From positions 1 to 53,281 of the IMG/VR virus record IMGVR_UViG_3300047094_001628: a stretch of 53,281 bases of DNA; one strand, given 5' to 3'. The notes beneath the pieces were generated by a model. That model did no database searches and had not been told where the DNA came from. It was given only the letters and a program-made list of their open reading frames with translations. Position 1 is the first letter of the stretch, and the number at the start of each line of letters is the position of its first letter. A program made the translations under genes and the position numbers. Below, in pieces: positions 27,026 through 36,975 of the stretch. Source of the DNA: a virus. Taxonomy: Duplodnaviria; Caudoviricetes.

Positions 27026-28244
27026 TAAAATATCATTAATTGGTTTAGGTAAACTTGGTTTACCATTATTAGCCACATTTGGTAAGAATGGTCAAAAAAT
27101 AATTGGTATTGATGTTGATATAAATAAAATCAACACACTTAAGAATAATGAGTTACCCTTTTATGAGACAAATTTGAAAGAGTATCTGATAAGCGGTCGC
27201 GAAAACATTGAATATTCCGATAATTTCAAATACATAATTAACAAAACCGATATTACCATTATATTAGTTAATACCCCTTCAAATGAAAATGGGGAGTTTT
27301 CAAATAAGTACGTACATAATGCTGTAATTAGTATTTGTCAAGAATTAAAAAATTCTGACAAAGAGGACTTCTTATTTATCATAAGTTCAACAGTGATGCC
27401 CGGTAGTCATGATGACATTATTAAAATGATTGAGACTAATACAGGTAGGAAATTAAATAAGGGATTTGGTGTTGTATACATACCTGATTTAGTCGCTTTA
27501 GGTTGTGTTATTAAAGACTTTGAAAACCCTGATGTAATTATTATGGGTGAGAGTGATTCTAAGTACGGTGATATTGCGGAAAAAATATATTCTAAAATAT
27601 TAAAAAACAATCCACCAGTTGTTAGGATGTCCCTAATTGAAGGTGAAATAACTAAAATTAGTTTAAACACATTTGTCACAATGAAAATTAGTTTTGCTAA
27701 TTTTATTGGAAATATTTCAGAAAAATTAAATGTCAACCCAAATAACATAACTAAAGCACTTGGTTATGACAAGAGAATTTCACCATATTACATTAAAAGT
27801 GGTTTATCTTTTGGCGGAACATGTTTTCCTAGAGATACGTGGGCATTTATTAAGATGTCGGAGAATCTTGGATTAGACGCCGTTCAGGTTAAAGCAACTC
27901 AAAAAATAAATGAAAATCAAAATATAATTCTTTATGACAAGGTAAAAAAATATAAAGACAAAAAAATTGGGATATATGGGTTATCATTTAAACCAAATAC
28001 ATATGTAACCACAGAGTCTCCTGGTAATATTCTTTATGAAAAATTATTAAGTCAAGGGTACGATGCTGTATTCTATGATAAATTAATTTTATCACCTTAT
28101 ACAAATAGATTTAATTCTTTTATTGAAGATTCGGACATTATTGTAATCACACATGATGTCAATAATGAATTTGATAATTTTGATTTAAATAATAAAATAA
28201 TAATTAACCCTTGGAGAGTGAAAGTATGTACAGATATGATATAA
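27015..28244 (+). CDS. UDP-glucose/GDP-mannose 6-dehydrogenase family
   Basis: IGLGKLG, VNTP, SSTVMPG, KISFAN, FGGTCFPRD (catalytic Cys), GLSFKPNT. Confidence 0.9.
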   Translation: MNTNKISLIGLGKLGLPLLATFGKNGQKIIGIDVDINKINTLKNNELPFYETNLKEYLISGRENIEYSDNFKYIINKTDITIILVNTPSNENGEFSNKYVHNAVISICQELKNSDKEDFLFIISSTVMPGSHDDIIKMIETNTGRKLNKGFGVVYIPDLVALGCVIKDFENPDVIIMGESDSKYGDIAEKIYSKILKNNPPVVRMSLIEGEITKISLNTFVTMKISFANFIGNISEKLNVNPNNITKALGYDKRISPYYIKSGLSFGGTCFPRDTWAFIKMSENLGLDAVQVKATQKINENQNIILYDKVKKYKDKKIGIYGLSFKPNTYVTTESPGNILYEKLLSQGYDAVFYDKLILSPYTNRFNSFIEDSDIIVITHDVNNEFDNFDLNNKIIINPWRVKVCTDMI

Positions 28245-28834
28245 TAAACCATTTTATATCCAAACTAAATTTAAAAACATATTTAGAAATTGGTGTGTTT
28301 GATGGGGAGTGTATAGAAAAAGTAAATTGCCCAATCAAGGATGGGGTAGACCCATCTTTTGAAAAAGGATTATCTATTGGAGTTAATTACAAAATGACAT
28401 CTGATGACTTTTTTAATAATAATAGAGATAAAATTTATGATATTATTTTTATTGATGGATTACATCATTCTGAACAGGTAGATATTGATATTGAAAATTC
28501 TTTAAAACAAACCAATAATAATGGTATTGTGATTCTCCATGATTGTAATCCGCCAACATTAGAACATACTTTAATACCGAGAGTTCAACCTCAATGGAAT
28601 GGGGATGTTTACAAATCAATATTGAAATTTAGAAAAAATAACAAAAATCATGAGTATTTTACGGTTGATTGTGATTGGGGGGTTGGTGTTATTATGAAAA
28701 ATTACAAATCGAAAAATGAAGAAAAAAACGCGGATTTTGAAAAAGGTATTGAAAGTTGGGATTATTTTGATTTAAACAGAAACAATTTACTTAATTTGAT
28801 AACCACAGAAGAATTTCAAACATTGTACTTATGA
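28226..28834 (+). CDS. Class I SAM-dependent methyltransferase (Methyltransf_24-like)
   Basis: YLEIGV, GVDP, YDIIFIDGLH, HDCNP, WNGDVYK; likely start at ATG 28226. Confidence 0.85.
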   Translation: MYRYDIINHFISKLNLKTYLEIGVFDGECIEKVNCPIKDGVDPSFEKGLSIGVNYKMTSDDFFNNNRDKIYDIIFIDGLHHSEQVDIDIENSLKQTNNNGIVILHDCNPPTLEHTLIPRVQPQWNGDVYKSILKFRKNNKNHEYFTVDCDWGVGVIMKNYKSKNEEKNADFEKGIESWDYFDLNRNNLLNLITTEEFQTLYL

Positions 28835-29697
28835 GTAGGCCAATCTTAAAAACTACTTGGAATGCGGGATTTTTTAGTTGTTGCACTGACATACTAAGAC
28901 AACTAACAAAATATCACCATAATAATAAAAAACTCCCAATTTTAGATTCATCAGAACAATGGGAGTTGTATAAAGATAACGGTATTGATGACGTTAGTAT
29001 TTTTTGGTTGAGATTAGTTGAATCTAAAACTGAAGGAGACATTACATCTGAGTTTTTTAATAGATTACCAAATTTTAATGAGTTTGAAAGTGAAAGTTTT
29101 TCAACTAATTGTTTATATCCTCAAGTATGTAATGAAGACCAATATAGTCCCTACAATTTAATAAATTTTAATTATACAAATAAAATTGTTGATGCATACT
29201 TTACACCATCAAACAAAGTTATTAAATTGTATGATGAACTGATTTTGAAATACAATATTGATTTAAGTAAAACAATATCGGTACTGTATAGAGGTAACGA
29301 TAAACATTTGGAAACAAATTTACCAAATTACGATGAGGTTCTACAAAAAACATTACAAGTTAAATCAGAATTTCCAAACTATAAAATTTTAATTCAATCC
29401 GATGAAATTGATTTTTGTAATTATATGACAGATAATATACCTGAAGTGATAGTAATAGAAGAAACAAAAAAAATTTCAAGGTCTGACACTGCAATACAAT
29501 ATACTTTATCTAAAGGAGAAAGATTACAAACCGCGTTAACCTTTTTATCTGTTATGATGATAGTTTCAAATAGCTCTCAAATAATTTTGAATAGTGGGAA
29601 TGTTGGTTTGTGGGTTTGTTTATTTAGAAAAAAGTTTGACGGTGTACATCAGTTTTTGAGTAGAATAAACAGTGATGATAGAACTTGGATACAATAA
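28831..29697 (+). CDS. GT23/NodZ-like GDP-sugar (fucosyl-type) transferase
   Basis: AGFFS N-terminal motif, ISVLYRGNDK..E (compare VHVRxTDK), LIQSDE, SGNV. Confidence 0.6.
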   Translation: MSRPILKTTWNAGFFSCCTDILRQLTKYHHNNKKLPILDSSEQWELYKDNGIDDVSIFWLRLVESKTEGDITSEFFNRLPNFNEFESESFSTNCLYPQVCNEDQYSPYNLINFNYTNKIVDAYFTPSNKVIKLYDELILKYNIDLSKTISVLYRGNDKHLETNLPNYDEVLQKTLQVKSEFPNYKILIQSDEIDFCNYMTDNIPEVIVIEETKKISRSDTAIQYTLSKGERLQTALTFLSVMMIVSNSSQIILNSGNVGLWVCLFRKKFDGVHQFLSRINSDDRTWIQ

Positions 29698-29712
29698 ATT
29701 AATTGATAAATT

Positions 29713-30846
29713 ATGAAACAATTTAAAAATATATTAGTTTTAGGTGGGGGTGGATTCATAGGTGGACATTTAGCTAAACGACTGAAATCAGAAGGACACT
29801 ATGTACGTGTTGTTGATTTGAAAAAACACGAGTATTTCAAAGAAAATGAAATTTGTGATGAATTTCTTACTTATGATTTAAGAGATCCTCACAATGTAAA
29901 AGCCGTTATGAGGTTGGAAGTTAATAATGGTAACCATCCCCAACCATTTAAGTATCTTAAACAACCTTTTTCCAAAGAAATAGGGTTTGATGAAGTATAT
30001 CAATTGGCCGCTGATATGGGTGGGGCGGGATACATCTTTACAGGTGAACATGACGCGGATGTAATGCATAATTCGGCAATGATAAATCTTAATGTTGCTC
30101 ATGAATGTGTGAAAACAAAAGTTGGAAAATTGTTTTATTCATCCTCTGCTTGTATGTATCCTGAACATAACCAACTTAACCCTGACAATCCAAATTGTGA
30201 AGAATCATCGGCATATCCCGCAAATCCAGATTCAGAGTATGGATGGGAAAAATTATTTTCTGAAAGATTATTTCTCGCATTTGCACGAAATTATGGTTTG
30301 AATGTTAGAATTGCTAGATTTCACAATATCTTTGGTCCTCAAGGAACATGGTTTGGTGGTAAAGAAAAATCTCCAGCGGCCATGTGCAGGAAAGTCGCAG
30401 AAATAGATGACGCTACAAAAATAATAGGTCAAACGAGACCTGAATACGAAATTGAAGTGTGGGGGGATGGAAAACAAACACGTTCCTTCTTGTATGTTGA
30501 AGAATGTGTAGAAGCCGTTTTACGACTTATGGAAAGTGATTTCACAGGTCCAGTTAATATCGGATCGGAAGAAATGGTTTCAATAAATGAATTAGCTCAG
30601 ATCGCTATAGATATTTCTAGTAAAGATATAAAAATCACAAACATTGATGGTGATGAATTTGTAAACAAATACGGATTCAAGTGTCCAACTGGTGTGAGAG
30701 GTAGAAATTCAGACAATAAACTTTATAAAGAAAAAGTGGGATGGGAAAGTTCTATGACTTTAAGAGATGGTATGAAAAAAACTTACACTTGGATTCAAGA
30801 AATGGTAAACAAAAAAAAGTATGGCAAAAGTTCGAATAGCAATTGA
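29713..30846 (+). CDS. GDP-mannose 3,5-epimerase-like extended SDR
   Basis: GGGGFIG, QLAADMGGAGYI, SSACMYP, YGWEK, RFHNIFGP, GGKEKSPAAMCRK, GVRGRNSDN. Confidence 0.9.
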   Translation: MKQFKNILVLGGGGFIGGHLAKRLKSEGHYVRVVDLKKHEYFKENEICDEFLTYDLRDPHNVKAVMRLEVNNGNHPQPFKYLKQPFSKEIGFDEVYQLAADMGGAGYIFTGEHDADVMHNSAMINLNVAHECVKTKVGKLFYSSSACMYPEHNQLNPDNPNCEESSAYPANPDSEYGWEKLFSERLFLAFARNYGLNVRIARFHNIFGPQGTWFGGKEKSPAAMCRKVAEIDDATKIIGQTRPEYEIEVWGDGKQTRSFLYVEECVEAVLRLMESDFTGPVNIGSEEMVSINELAQIAIDISSKDIKITNIDGDEFVNKYGFKCPTGVRGRNSDNKLYKEKVGWESSMTLRDGMKKTYTWIQEMVNKKKYGKSSNSN

Positions 30847-31417
30847 TATAGAAGGTGTTTTAAGGGATACATTTGAAAAAATAGAACAAATTTACCAAAA
30901 GTTCTTTATTGATGAATTAGAGTTGGTCGATGATGATTTCAAATTTGAAATCTATAAACCTTATAACACTAATGATTACCGAAATCATTTCAATTTTAAA
31001 AATGACGACGAATATTATAACTTTATGTTCAACGAATTTACTATGCAAATTTTTGGACATGCTCCATCAACTGAGATGGGTACATTTCATATTTTAAATG
31101 AAATTTATAAAGAGTATTTTGGTAAAGTAGAGTTTTTGTTAATTTCAAAACAAGTAGGTAAAAGTAAACCAGCAACCTTGTTCTTCGTATCCAAATTCGG
31201 ATGTGAAATTGAAAAAATTGTTTTTTATAATAACAAAACCAAAAACAAAATATGGAAAGAATTTGATATTTTATTAACAACAGACCCCGAATTATTACAA
31301 ATTAACAAAAATAAAACTTTAATTAAATTCGAAAAACCTTATAATTCTGATATAAAAATAAAATATTCTATAAGTTCGATCACAGAACTTTCAGAACTTG
31401 TAAAAAATTTAATATGA
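30821..31417 (+). CDS. Degenerate HAD / 5'(3')-nucleotidase-like protein
   Basis: IAIDIEGVLRD (DxE instead of DxD), KPYN; no terminal DD motif. Confidence 0.55.
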   Translation: MAKVRIAIDIEGVLRDTFEKIEQIYQKFFIDELELVDDDFKFEIYKPYNTNDYRNHFNFKNDDEYYNFMFNEFTMQIFGHAPSTEMGTFHILNEIYKEYFGKVEFLLISKQVGKSKPATLFFVSKFGCEIEKIVFYNNKTKNKIWKEFDILLTTDPELLQINKNKTLIKFEKPYNSDIKIKYSISSITELSELVKNLI

Positions 31418-31686
31418 TGCTAGACGTTTTAGGAGAACAATACTATCTTAATATCAACGCAATTGATAATTTTATAGATAGACCAGACTTTTCAGGGACA
31501 GGTGAAAATCAACATATTTCCGTAATTAAGTTTGAAATAGTAAAAACTTTAACAGATGTTATTTTTTCAGAAATGCAACCCGTTGATGAAAAAATGATCG
31601 CAAGTAAAAATTCTAATGATTTAAGTGTTTCTTTCAGATTAGCGTGGAACACTATGTTATTTAATAAATTTATTCAAAAATTATAA
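31414..31686 (+). CDS. Hypothetical protein
   Basis: 90-aa ORF translationally coupled within the operon. Confidence 0.7.
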   Translation: MMLDVLGEQYYLNINAIDNFIDRPDFSGTGENQHISVIKFEIVKTLTDVIFSEMQPVDEKMIASKNSNDLSVSFRLAWNTMLFNKFIQKL

Positions 31687-31690
31687 CAAA

Positions 31691-32746
31691 ATGAGTGAAG
31701 ATTTAAAACAAAATCTACAGAGGTCTCTTTACAACATAGATACCAAATCGAACAAAATATATTTCTTTGTTCAAGACACTAAAGGAAATGCAAAAGCATC
31801 TATTAGATTCATTTATGACATTGCTAGTTCCTTAAGTAAGGATGGATATAAAATTGTTATGTTGTATGAAAAACCTGATTATATGCCAATAGATAGTTGG
31901 TCTTTTAGGAAGTACGAAGGATTAGAGTTTCAAGTGATTGAAGGTACAAATTTACAAATTGCTCCTGAAGATATTTTGGTAATTCCTGAAATTTTCGGAT
32001 TTGTTATGGAACAAGTTAAAAATTTACCTTGTGGTAAGATTGTTCTTTGTCAGGCGTATGATCACGTTTTAGAAACTTTGAGTCCAGGAGCAACATGGCA
32101 ACAATACGGATTTTATAAATGTATTGCTACTTCGGAGACTCAAAAAGAAGAAATCTCGAAAATAATGAGAAATGTTTCTTTCGATATCATTAGACCTACA
32201 ATTTCAGATTGTTTTGTTAAACAGACCCATCCACCAAAACCAATTATTTTGGTTCATACTAGAGAACAGAGGGAAGGACTTAATTTGATTAAAAGTTTTT
32301 ATCTCAAATATCCTCAATTTAGATTTTTCACATTTAGAGACCTTAGAGGTTTAAGCGAGGAGGAGTTTGCAAATGCTATGAATGATGCTTTTTTGGGAGT
32401 GTGGTTAGATTCGACATCATCGTTTGGTACCTTCCCTATAGAGTGTATGGCGTCAGGAATTCCAGTAATAGGTAAAATTCCAAATTTGAAACCTGAATGG
32501 ATGAATGAAAAAAATGGTGTATGGGTTGAAAATACATTACAAATTGTCGATGTTATTGCAGATTTTGCACAAACATGGTTAGAGGATAGTGTTTTACCCA
32601 CATTGTATAGTGAAGGTGAAACTACAGCAAGTAGTTACAGAATGACTGAAGAATTCGACACTGAGGTTGTCAGAATATTTAACGAGTTTCAAATGAAAAG
32701 AAAAGAATTTTTCTTTCAACAATTAAACCAACTAAATCAAAAATAA
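31691..32746 (+). CDS. GT-B (GT4-like) glycosyltransferase
   Basis: DILVIPE, SSFGTFPIECMASGIPVIG (FG...EAMA.G.PV motif). Confidence 0.78.
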   Translation: MSEDLKQNLQRSLYNIDTKSNKIYFFVQDTKGNAKASIRFIYDIASSLSKDGYKIVMLYEKPDYMPIDSWSFRKYEGLEFQVIEGTNLQIAPEDILVIPEIFGFVMEQVKNLPCGKIVLCQAYDHVLETLSPGATWQQYGFYKCIATSETQKEEISKIMRNVSFDIIRPTISDCFVKQTHPPKPIILVHTREQREGLNLIKSFYLKYPQFRFFTFRDLRGLSEEEFANAMNDAFLGVWLDSTSSFGTFPIECMASGIPVIGKIPNLKPEWMNEKNGVWVENTLQIVDVIADFAQTWLEDSVLPTLYSEGETTASSYRMTEEFDTEVVRIFNEFQMKRKEFFFQQLNQLNQK

Positions 32747-32747
32747 A

Positions 32748-33551
32748 ATGGAAAGTTTAGATATAAGTGTTATTTTACCTATAAAATCAGGATTGGTTAG
32801 AGATTTTGATGAATACTTTGACAAAGCGATTAAATCTCTACAAATACAAGAGGTTTCACTCAATGAGTTAATAATTGTTCATACTGAAGAAGAAACTTTA
32901 GTAGAAAAACTAAAAAATTATAATTTTGATAATTTGAATGTTAAATTATTACCTTACACTGAAACCCCAAATTTTCAATCACAACTTAATTATGGTATTG
33001 AAAATGCTCAGTCAACATATGTAAGTTTTCTTGAATTTGATGACGAGTATTCTAATGTTTGGTTTAGAAATGTCCAAAAGTATATCAAATTCTATCCTGA
33101 GGTGGATGTTTTTCTACCTATAGTTGTGGATGTCGATGATAAAGGAGTGTTTTTAGGGTTTACTAACGAAGCCACTTTTGCTGCTAATTTTTCTCAAGAA
33201 ATTGGGTATTTATCCAACGAAACACTACTACAGTATCAAAATTTTCAGACATCGGGTTGTGTAGTTAAAAAATCTAATTATTTGGAAATTGGAGGATTTA
33301 AACCCTCGATGAAATTGACATTTGTGTATGAATTTCTTTTAAGAATGACATATAATTCCGCGAAAATTATGACAATTCCAAGAATAGGATACAAGCACAC
33401 CACTATGAGAGAAGGGTCTATTTTTTGGAACTACAAAAATGGTACTACTACGATGACAGAAGATGAAGTCAAATTTTGGATTGCCGCGGCTAAAAAAGAA
33501 TTTTATTTCAAAGATGACAGAAACATAAAGTTTGATACACAAATGGGTTAA
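32748..33551 (+). CDS. GT2 glycosyltransferase
   Basis: ISVILPI, NYGIENA..YVSFLEFDD, IGGFK. Confidence 0.78.
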   Translation: MESLDISVILPIKSGLVRDFDEYFDKAIKSLQIQEVSLNELIIVHTEEETLVEKLKNYNFDNLNVKLLPYTETPNFQSQLNYGIENAQSTYVSFLEFDDEYSNVWFRNVQKYIKFYPEVDVFLPIVVDVDDKGVFLGFTNEATFAANFSQEIGYLSNETLLQYQNFQTSGCVVKKSNYLEIGGFKPSMKLTFVYEFLLRMTYNSAKIMTIPRIGYKHTTMREGSIFWNYKNGTTTMTEDEVKFWIAAAKKEFYFKDDRNIKFDTQMG

Positions 33552-34276
33552 TGTCCATCGAGAATATAGAAAATAAGAAACTTAAAAAGGTTTCAAAAGA
33601 AAATTATTTTGATCAGAGGGAGGAAGATGCTGTCCTTAAATTTCTTCAGACAGATTCGGCTGAAGAAAGAAATATCATCTATAATACCTATTTAAAGGGC
33701 CCCCTAGACAAAATGATATCCTCCATTATTAGGAGGTATAAATTGTATCGTAAAGATATGGATTTTATTGAAATCCATAATGATACTCATGGTTTTTTGA
33801 TGACTAAAGTTGAGAAATTCAAACCAGCTAAAAATAAAAAAGCATATTCTTACTTTGGGACAATATGTAAAAATTATCTGATGGGTCAAATCATAAAAGA
33901 CCAAAAAGACACCAATAGAAATGTGTCTTATGAAGATATTTCACCTACTTTGGAGAATAGACCAGATATGATTTATTATTTGGAAAATGAAAAAACAGAA
34001 GCCGATGACATCATACAAGTATTTATAACAGATCTTAAATTATATTTGGAATCGGGTAATTTATCAGAAAATGAAGTAAAGTTGGGGATATCACTTTTAG
34101 AACTATTCGAAAACTATAAAACAAACTTTGAAGGTACAGAAAATAACAAATACAATAAAAACATTATACTCCTCTCGATTAGAGAAATGACAAATCTTAA
34201 TACGAAAGAAATAAGATCGTCAATGAAAAAGTTTAAAAAGTTGTATTTAAGTGTATTAAACAAACTAATCGATTAA
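33551..34276 (+). CDS. Phage RNA polymerase sigma-like factor (gp55-like, putative late sigma)
   Basis: Region-2-like KFKPAKNKKAYSYFGTICKN (compare FDPEK..PFAYFTQI in gp55-type sigmas); ENYF N-terminus; HTH-like C-terminus. Confidence 0.6.
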   Translation: MSIENIENKKLKKVSKENYFDQREEDAVLKFLQTDSAEERNIIYNTYLKGPLDKMISSIIRRYKLYRKDMDFIEIHNDTHGFLMTKVEKFKPAKNKKAYSYFGTICKNYLMGQIIKDQKDTNRNVSYEDISPTLENRPDMIYYLENEKTEADDIIQVFITDLKLYLESGNLSENEVKLGISLLELFENYKTNFEGTENNKYNKNIILLSIREMTNLNTKEIRSSMKKFKKLYLSVLNKLID

Positions 34277-34291
34277 TAATCGTTTTTAAAC

Positions 34292-34298
34292 TATTTAT
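34292..34298 (+). promoter_or_regulatory. Candidate late-promoter motif TATTTAT
   Basis: Lies 5 nt upstream of ATG 34304. Confidence 0.55.
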
Positions 34299-34303
34299 TT
34301 GTT

Positions 34304-34675
34304 ATGGCAACACCTAGAAAAAAAGAAATTAATTTATCCAAGGACTCAGTTCTTGCTCTTCTTCAAGAAATTTACAATGAACTTGTTGAACAAAGAACTA
34401 CCGCAATCAGAGTTCAGAATAAAATGTTATCATTTTTGAAAGATCCTGAGGATATGCAAAGTATTGGCCCTGTATTAGAAAAACAACAAAAAATCATAAA
34501 TGATGTTGTCGAAAAAAAACTAACTTTAGCTAAACTCCAATCAACAATTTGGGAAAAATCAGTGAATAAACAGTCCGATATGTCATTAACTGATATTGAC
34601 GAGGAAATGTTACAATCTCTTATTTTAAAAGATGTTGAATCATTAGAGGACGACAAATATAAAATGACCAAATGA
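34304..34675 (+). CDS. Hypothetical coiled-coil protein
   Basis: 123-aa helical ORF after a TATTTAT motif. Confidence 0.7.
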   Translation: MATPRKKEINLSKDSVLALLQEIYNELVEQRTTAIRVQNKMLSFLKDPEDMQSIGPVLEKQQKIINDVVEKKLTLAKLQSTIWEKSVNKQSDMSLTDIDEEMLQSLILKDVESLEDDKYKMTK

Positions 34676-34676
34676 A

Positions 34677-36752
34677 ATGGGTGGTGTATATGATGAGCAA
34701 TGGCAAGGGATCAGGGATGAAATTGAAGCTGTAGCTGCCTATAATGAAGTTCAAAATCAAAAACAAGAACTTGTAAAAAAAAGAGAATCAAACCTAGAAA
34801 CTGGTTCAAAGAAACTTGTCGAACAATTAAAAAGTATTCAGAATCAAAAAAAAGAATATCAGAGACAAGTTAAAAACAAATTAGACCAACTTGTTGAAGT
34901 TCTAAATACAATCCCTGTTCAACAATTTTTAACACAAACGACCTCAGCGATTGCTAGTGTTGAGGGTAGTGTAAGTAGTTCGGGTAGTGCAATTTCAAGT
35001 TCATTAGATAAAACTAAGAACAAAGTAGATGAAGCAAAATCAAAAGTAGATTCTGTAAAAAAGATCTTCGTAAAAACTCTGAATAGAGTTAGATCGGAAC
35101 TACCTGAATTATTCATCGCTGAGGTAATAAATCAATTAGGTTGTTCACAAGAACAAACTTTCTTGGGTAATGATGTTTCTAACCTAACTAATCAAACGGG
35201 AGCAAATACCAATTCATTATACATACCAATTCAATCAATTGATTTATTCGGTATCTTACAGACTACCCCAGACTCTAAAGTTGGTAAAATTTTTTATGAA
35301 ACGGGAACAACATACAATGTACAAGCAAACGGAACCTATCCATTTAATAAGGATTTACATGAGTTGACTCAAACACCAGGACAAACATATTTAGATGCGA
35401 CTGGTGATTTTTATAATGGAGTTTCAGGTCAACCTTTGTTTAATATAGAATTTACAACAACTGATAATTTAGGAAATCCTGGTGGTTTTTTCAAAATAGA
35501 TTTAATCAATAGACCTCAAAGTAATATCGTATCACAATTTTTTACAGATTATTATGGAAAATTAGAACTTGTCAATTTACAAAATATATTTGGACAAATT
35601 TTTGACGCGATTTGTGGTGCCGTAAGTATACAAATGAATTTGTCCTCCCAACAACTAGAGGTAAAAGGAAAATATCAACTCTTGTTACAAAGAGTTTTGG
35701 GTTTATGTTTTGACCAAAGACAAGAGATTGACGTATCGGGTATTGCAAAAGTTTCACCAACTCAAGACGTTGACGCATCTTTTTTTCAATTCAATGAAAT
35801 AGATTTGAGAGAAATTGATTACACAATCGAAAATTTAAGAAAAGGAGTTGTAGAGTTTCAAGATTGTGATAATGTAAAATTACCTGTCAATAACGAAGAA
35901 ATAACCAATCAAATATTAAGTGTCTTAAGTGCAAATACTTCTGGAGAGATTTTACAAGCATTTGAATCAGTAGAAAGTACATTTGTTGATAATTTACAAA
36001 ATAATATAGCAATACCTGGGTTGAATTTAAGATTAGTTGTAGATACTGAATTATTAAAAGCAATACCACAAGCCTTGTATTCTTCTATTTTGACCCCCAA
36101 AATTATATTAGGGTTTTATATGATGTTGGCCTCGATTTTACCATCCTATAGACAATTATTAGCAAAAGTTCAAAACATTGTACAATTTTCTGAAATTTTC
36201 AGTAAATTATTTATTAATCTGTCATCTAAAGTAATGGCTAAGTTTATCAAAATATTAGTCCAAGAAATTAAGAAGGAAATTGTTTTATTAATGAGAATTA
36301 TTATAAGAGAACTCAAAAAAAATGGTGCGAAAAAAGAAGCTATCATACTTCAATTATTGACTGTGAGTGGATTATTAGTAAAACTGTTTGGTGATTACAG
36401 ACGATGTCAAAGTATTATTGACGAAATACAACAAATATTTCAAGTAGCGCTCACAGGAACTAAGATTGAAATTCCCGCAATACTATTACCACTATCTAAA
36501 TTCAGATCTGGATATTCAGAAGCACGTGCAAATTTGGAAATAGTTAAAGAATTTCAAAAAGTAGGAATCCCAACAGGTGCTATGCCGAGTGGGGCTCCGA
36601 ATTTTATGACACAATCATTTTTTGGATCTCAACAAGGGTCAGAAAGAGAGAGGGCTTTGAATTCAAAAACAAGTGTTTTAGTACCATTACCACCTGCAAT
36701 TGGTCTAGGAGCCCCACAACCACCAGTCGAAGCTTGGGGATTAAATATATGA
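34677..36752 (+). CDS. Hypothetical protein, probably virion or baseplate associated
   Basis: 691 aa, coiled-coil N-terminus, upstream of the spike gene. Confidence 0.6.
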   Translation: MGGVYDEQWQGIRDEIEAVAAYNEVQNQKQELVKKRESNLETGSKKLVEQLKSIQNQKKEYQRQVKNKLDQLVEVLNTIPVQQFLTQTTSAIASVEGSVSSSGSAISSSLDKTKNKVDEAKSKVDSVKKIFVKTLNRVRSELPELFIAEVINQLGCSQEQTFLGNDVSNLTNQTGANTNSLYIPIQSIDLFGILQTTPDSKVGKIFYETGTTYNVQANGTYPFNKDLHELTQTPGQTYLDATGDFYNGVSGQPLFNIEFTTTDNLGNPGGFFKIDLINRPQSNIVSQFFTDYYGKLELVNLQNIFGQIFDAICGAVSIQMNLSSQQLEVKGKYQLLLQRVLGLCFDQRQEIDVSGIAKVSPTQDVDASFFQFNEIDLREIDYTIENLRKGVVEFQDCDNVKLPVNNEEITNQILSVLSANTSGEILQAFESVESTFVDNLQNNIAIPGLNLRLVVDTELLKAIPQALYSSILTPKIILGFYMMLASILPSYRQLLAKVQNIVQFSEIFSKLFINLSSKVMAKFIKILVQEIKKEIVLLMRIIIRELKKNGAKKEAIILQLLTVSGLLVKLFGDYRRCQSIIDEIQQIFQVALTGTKIEIPAILLPLSKFRSGYSEARANLEIVKEFQKVGIPTGAMPSGAPNFMTQSFFGSQQGSERERALNSKTSVLVPLPPAIGLGAPQPPVEAWGLNI

Positions 36753-36753
36753 T

Positions 36754-36975
36754 ATGATACAGTCATCTAAAATTGATATTGAGAAATTGAATACCATTAT
36801 CACAGAAATAAAATCTAGTGGTAATAGTGAATTAATTCAGGCTATGGATTTTTTATCTGAAGATTTTGAAGAAACAAAACAAATGATAATAAATCTATCC
36901 ACACATTTAGACAATGTGGAAAATCTTTATAATAAAGTTCTTCATGAATATAATTTGAGGAATAACTATGAGTAA
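36754..36975 (+). CDS. Hypothetical small coiled-coil protein
   Basis: 73-aa ORF in the operon. Confidence 0.65.
   Translation: MIQSSKIDIEKLNTIITEIKSSGNSELIQAMDFLSEDFEETKQMIINLSTHLDNVENLYNKVLHEYNLRNNYE

Noticed and set aside
16677-33551. A bacterial capsule/LPS locus or chimeric contig
   Set aside because: No flippase, polymerase or export genes, and the operon is continuous with phage genes (dUTPase, sigma-like factor, spike, head module).
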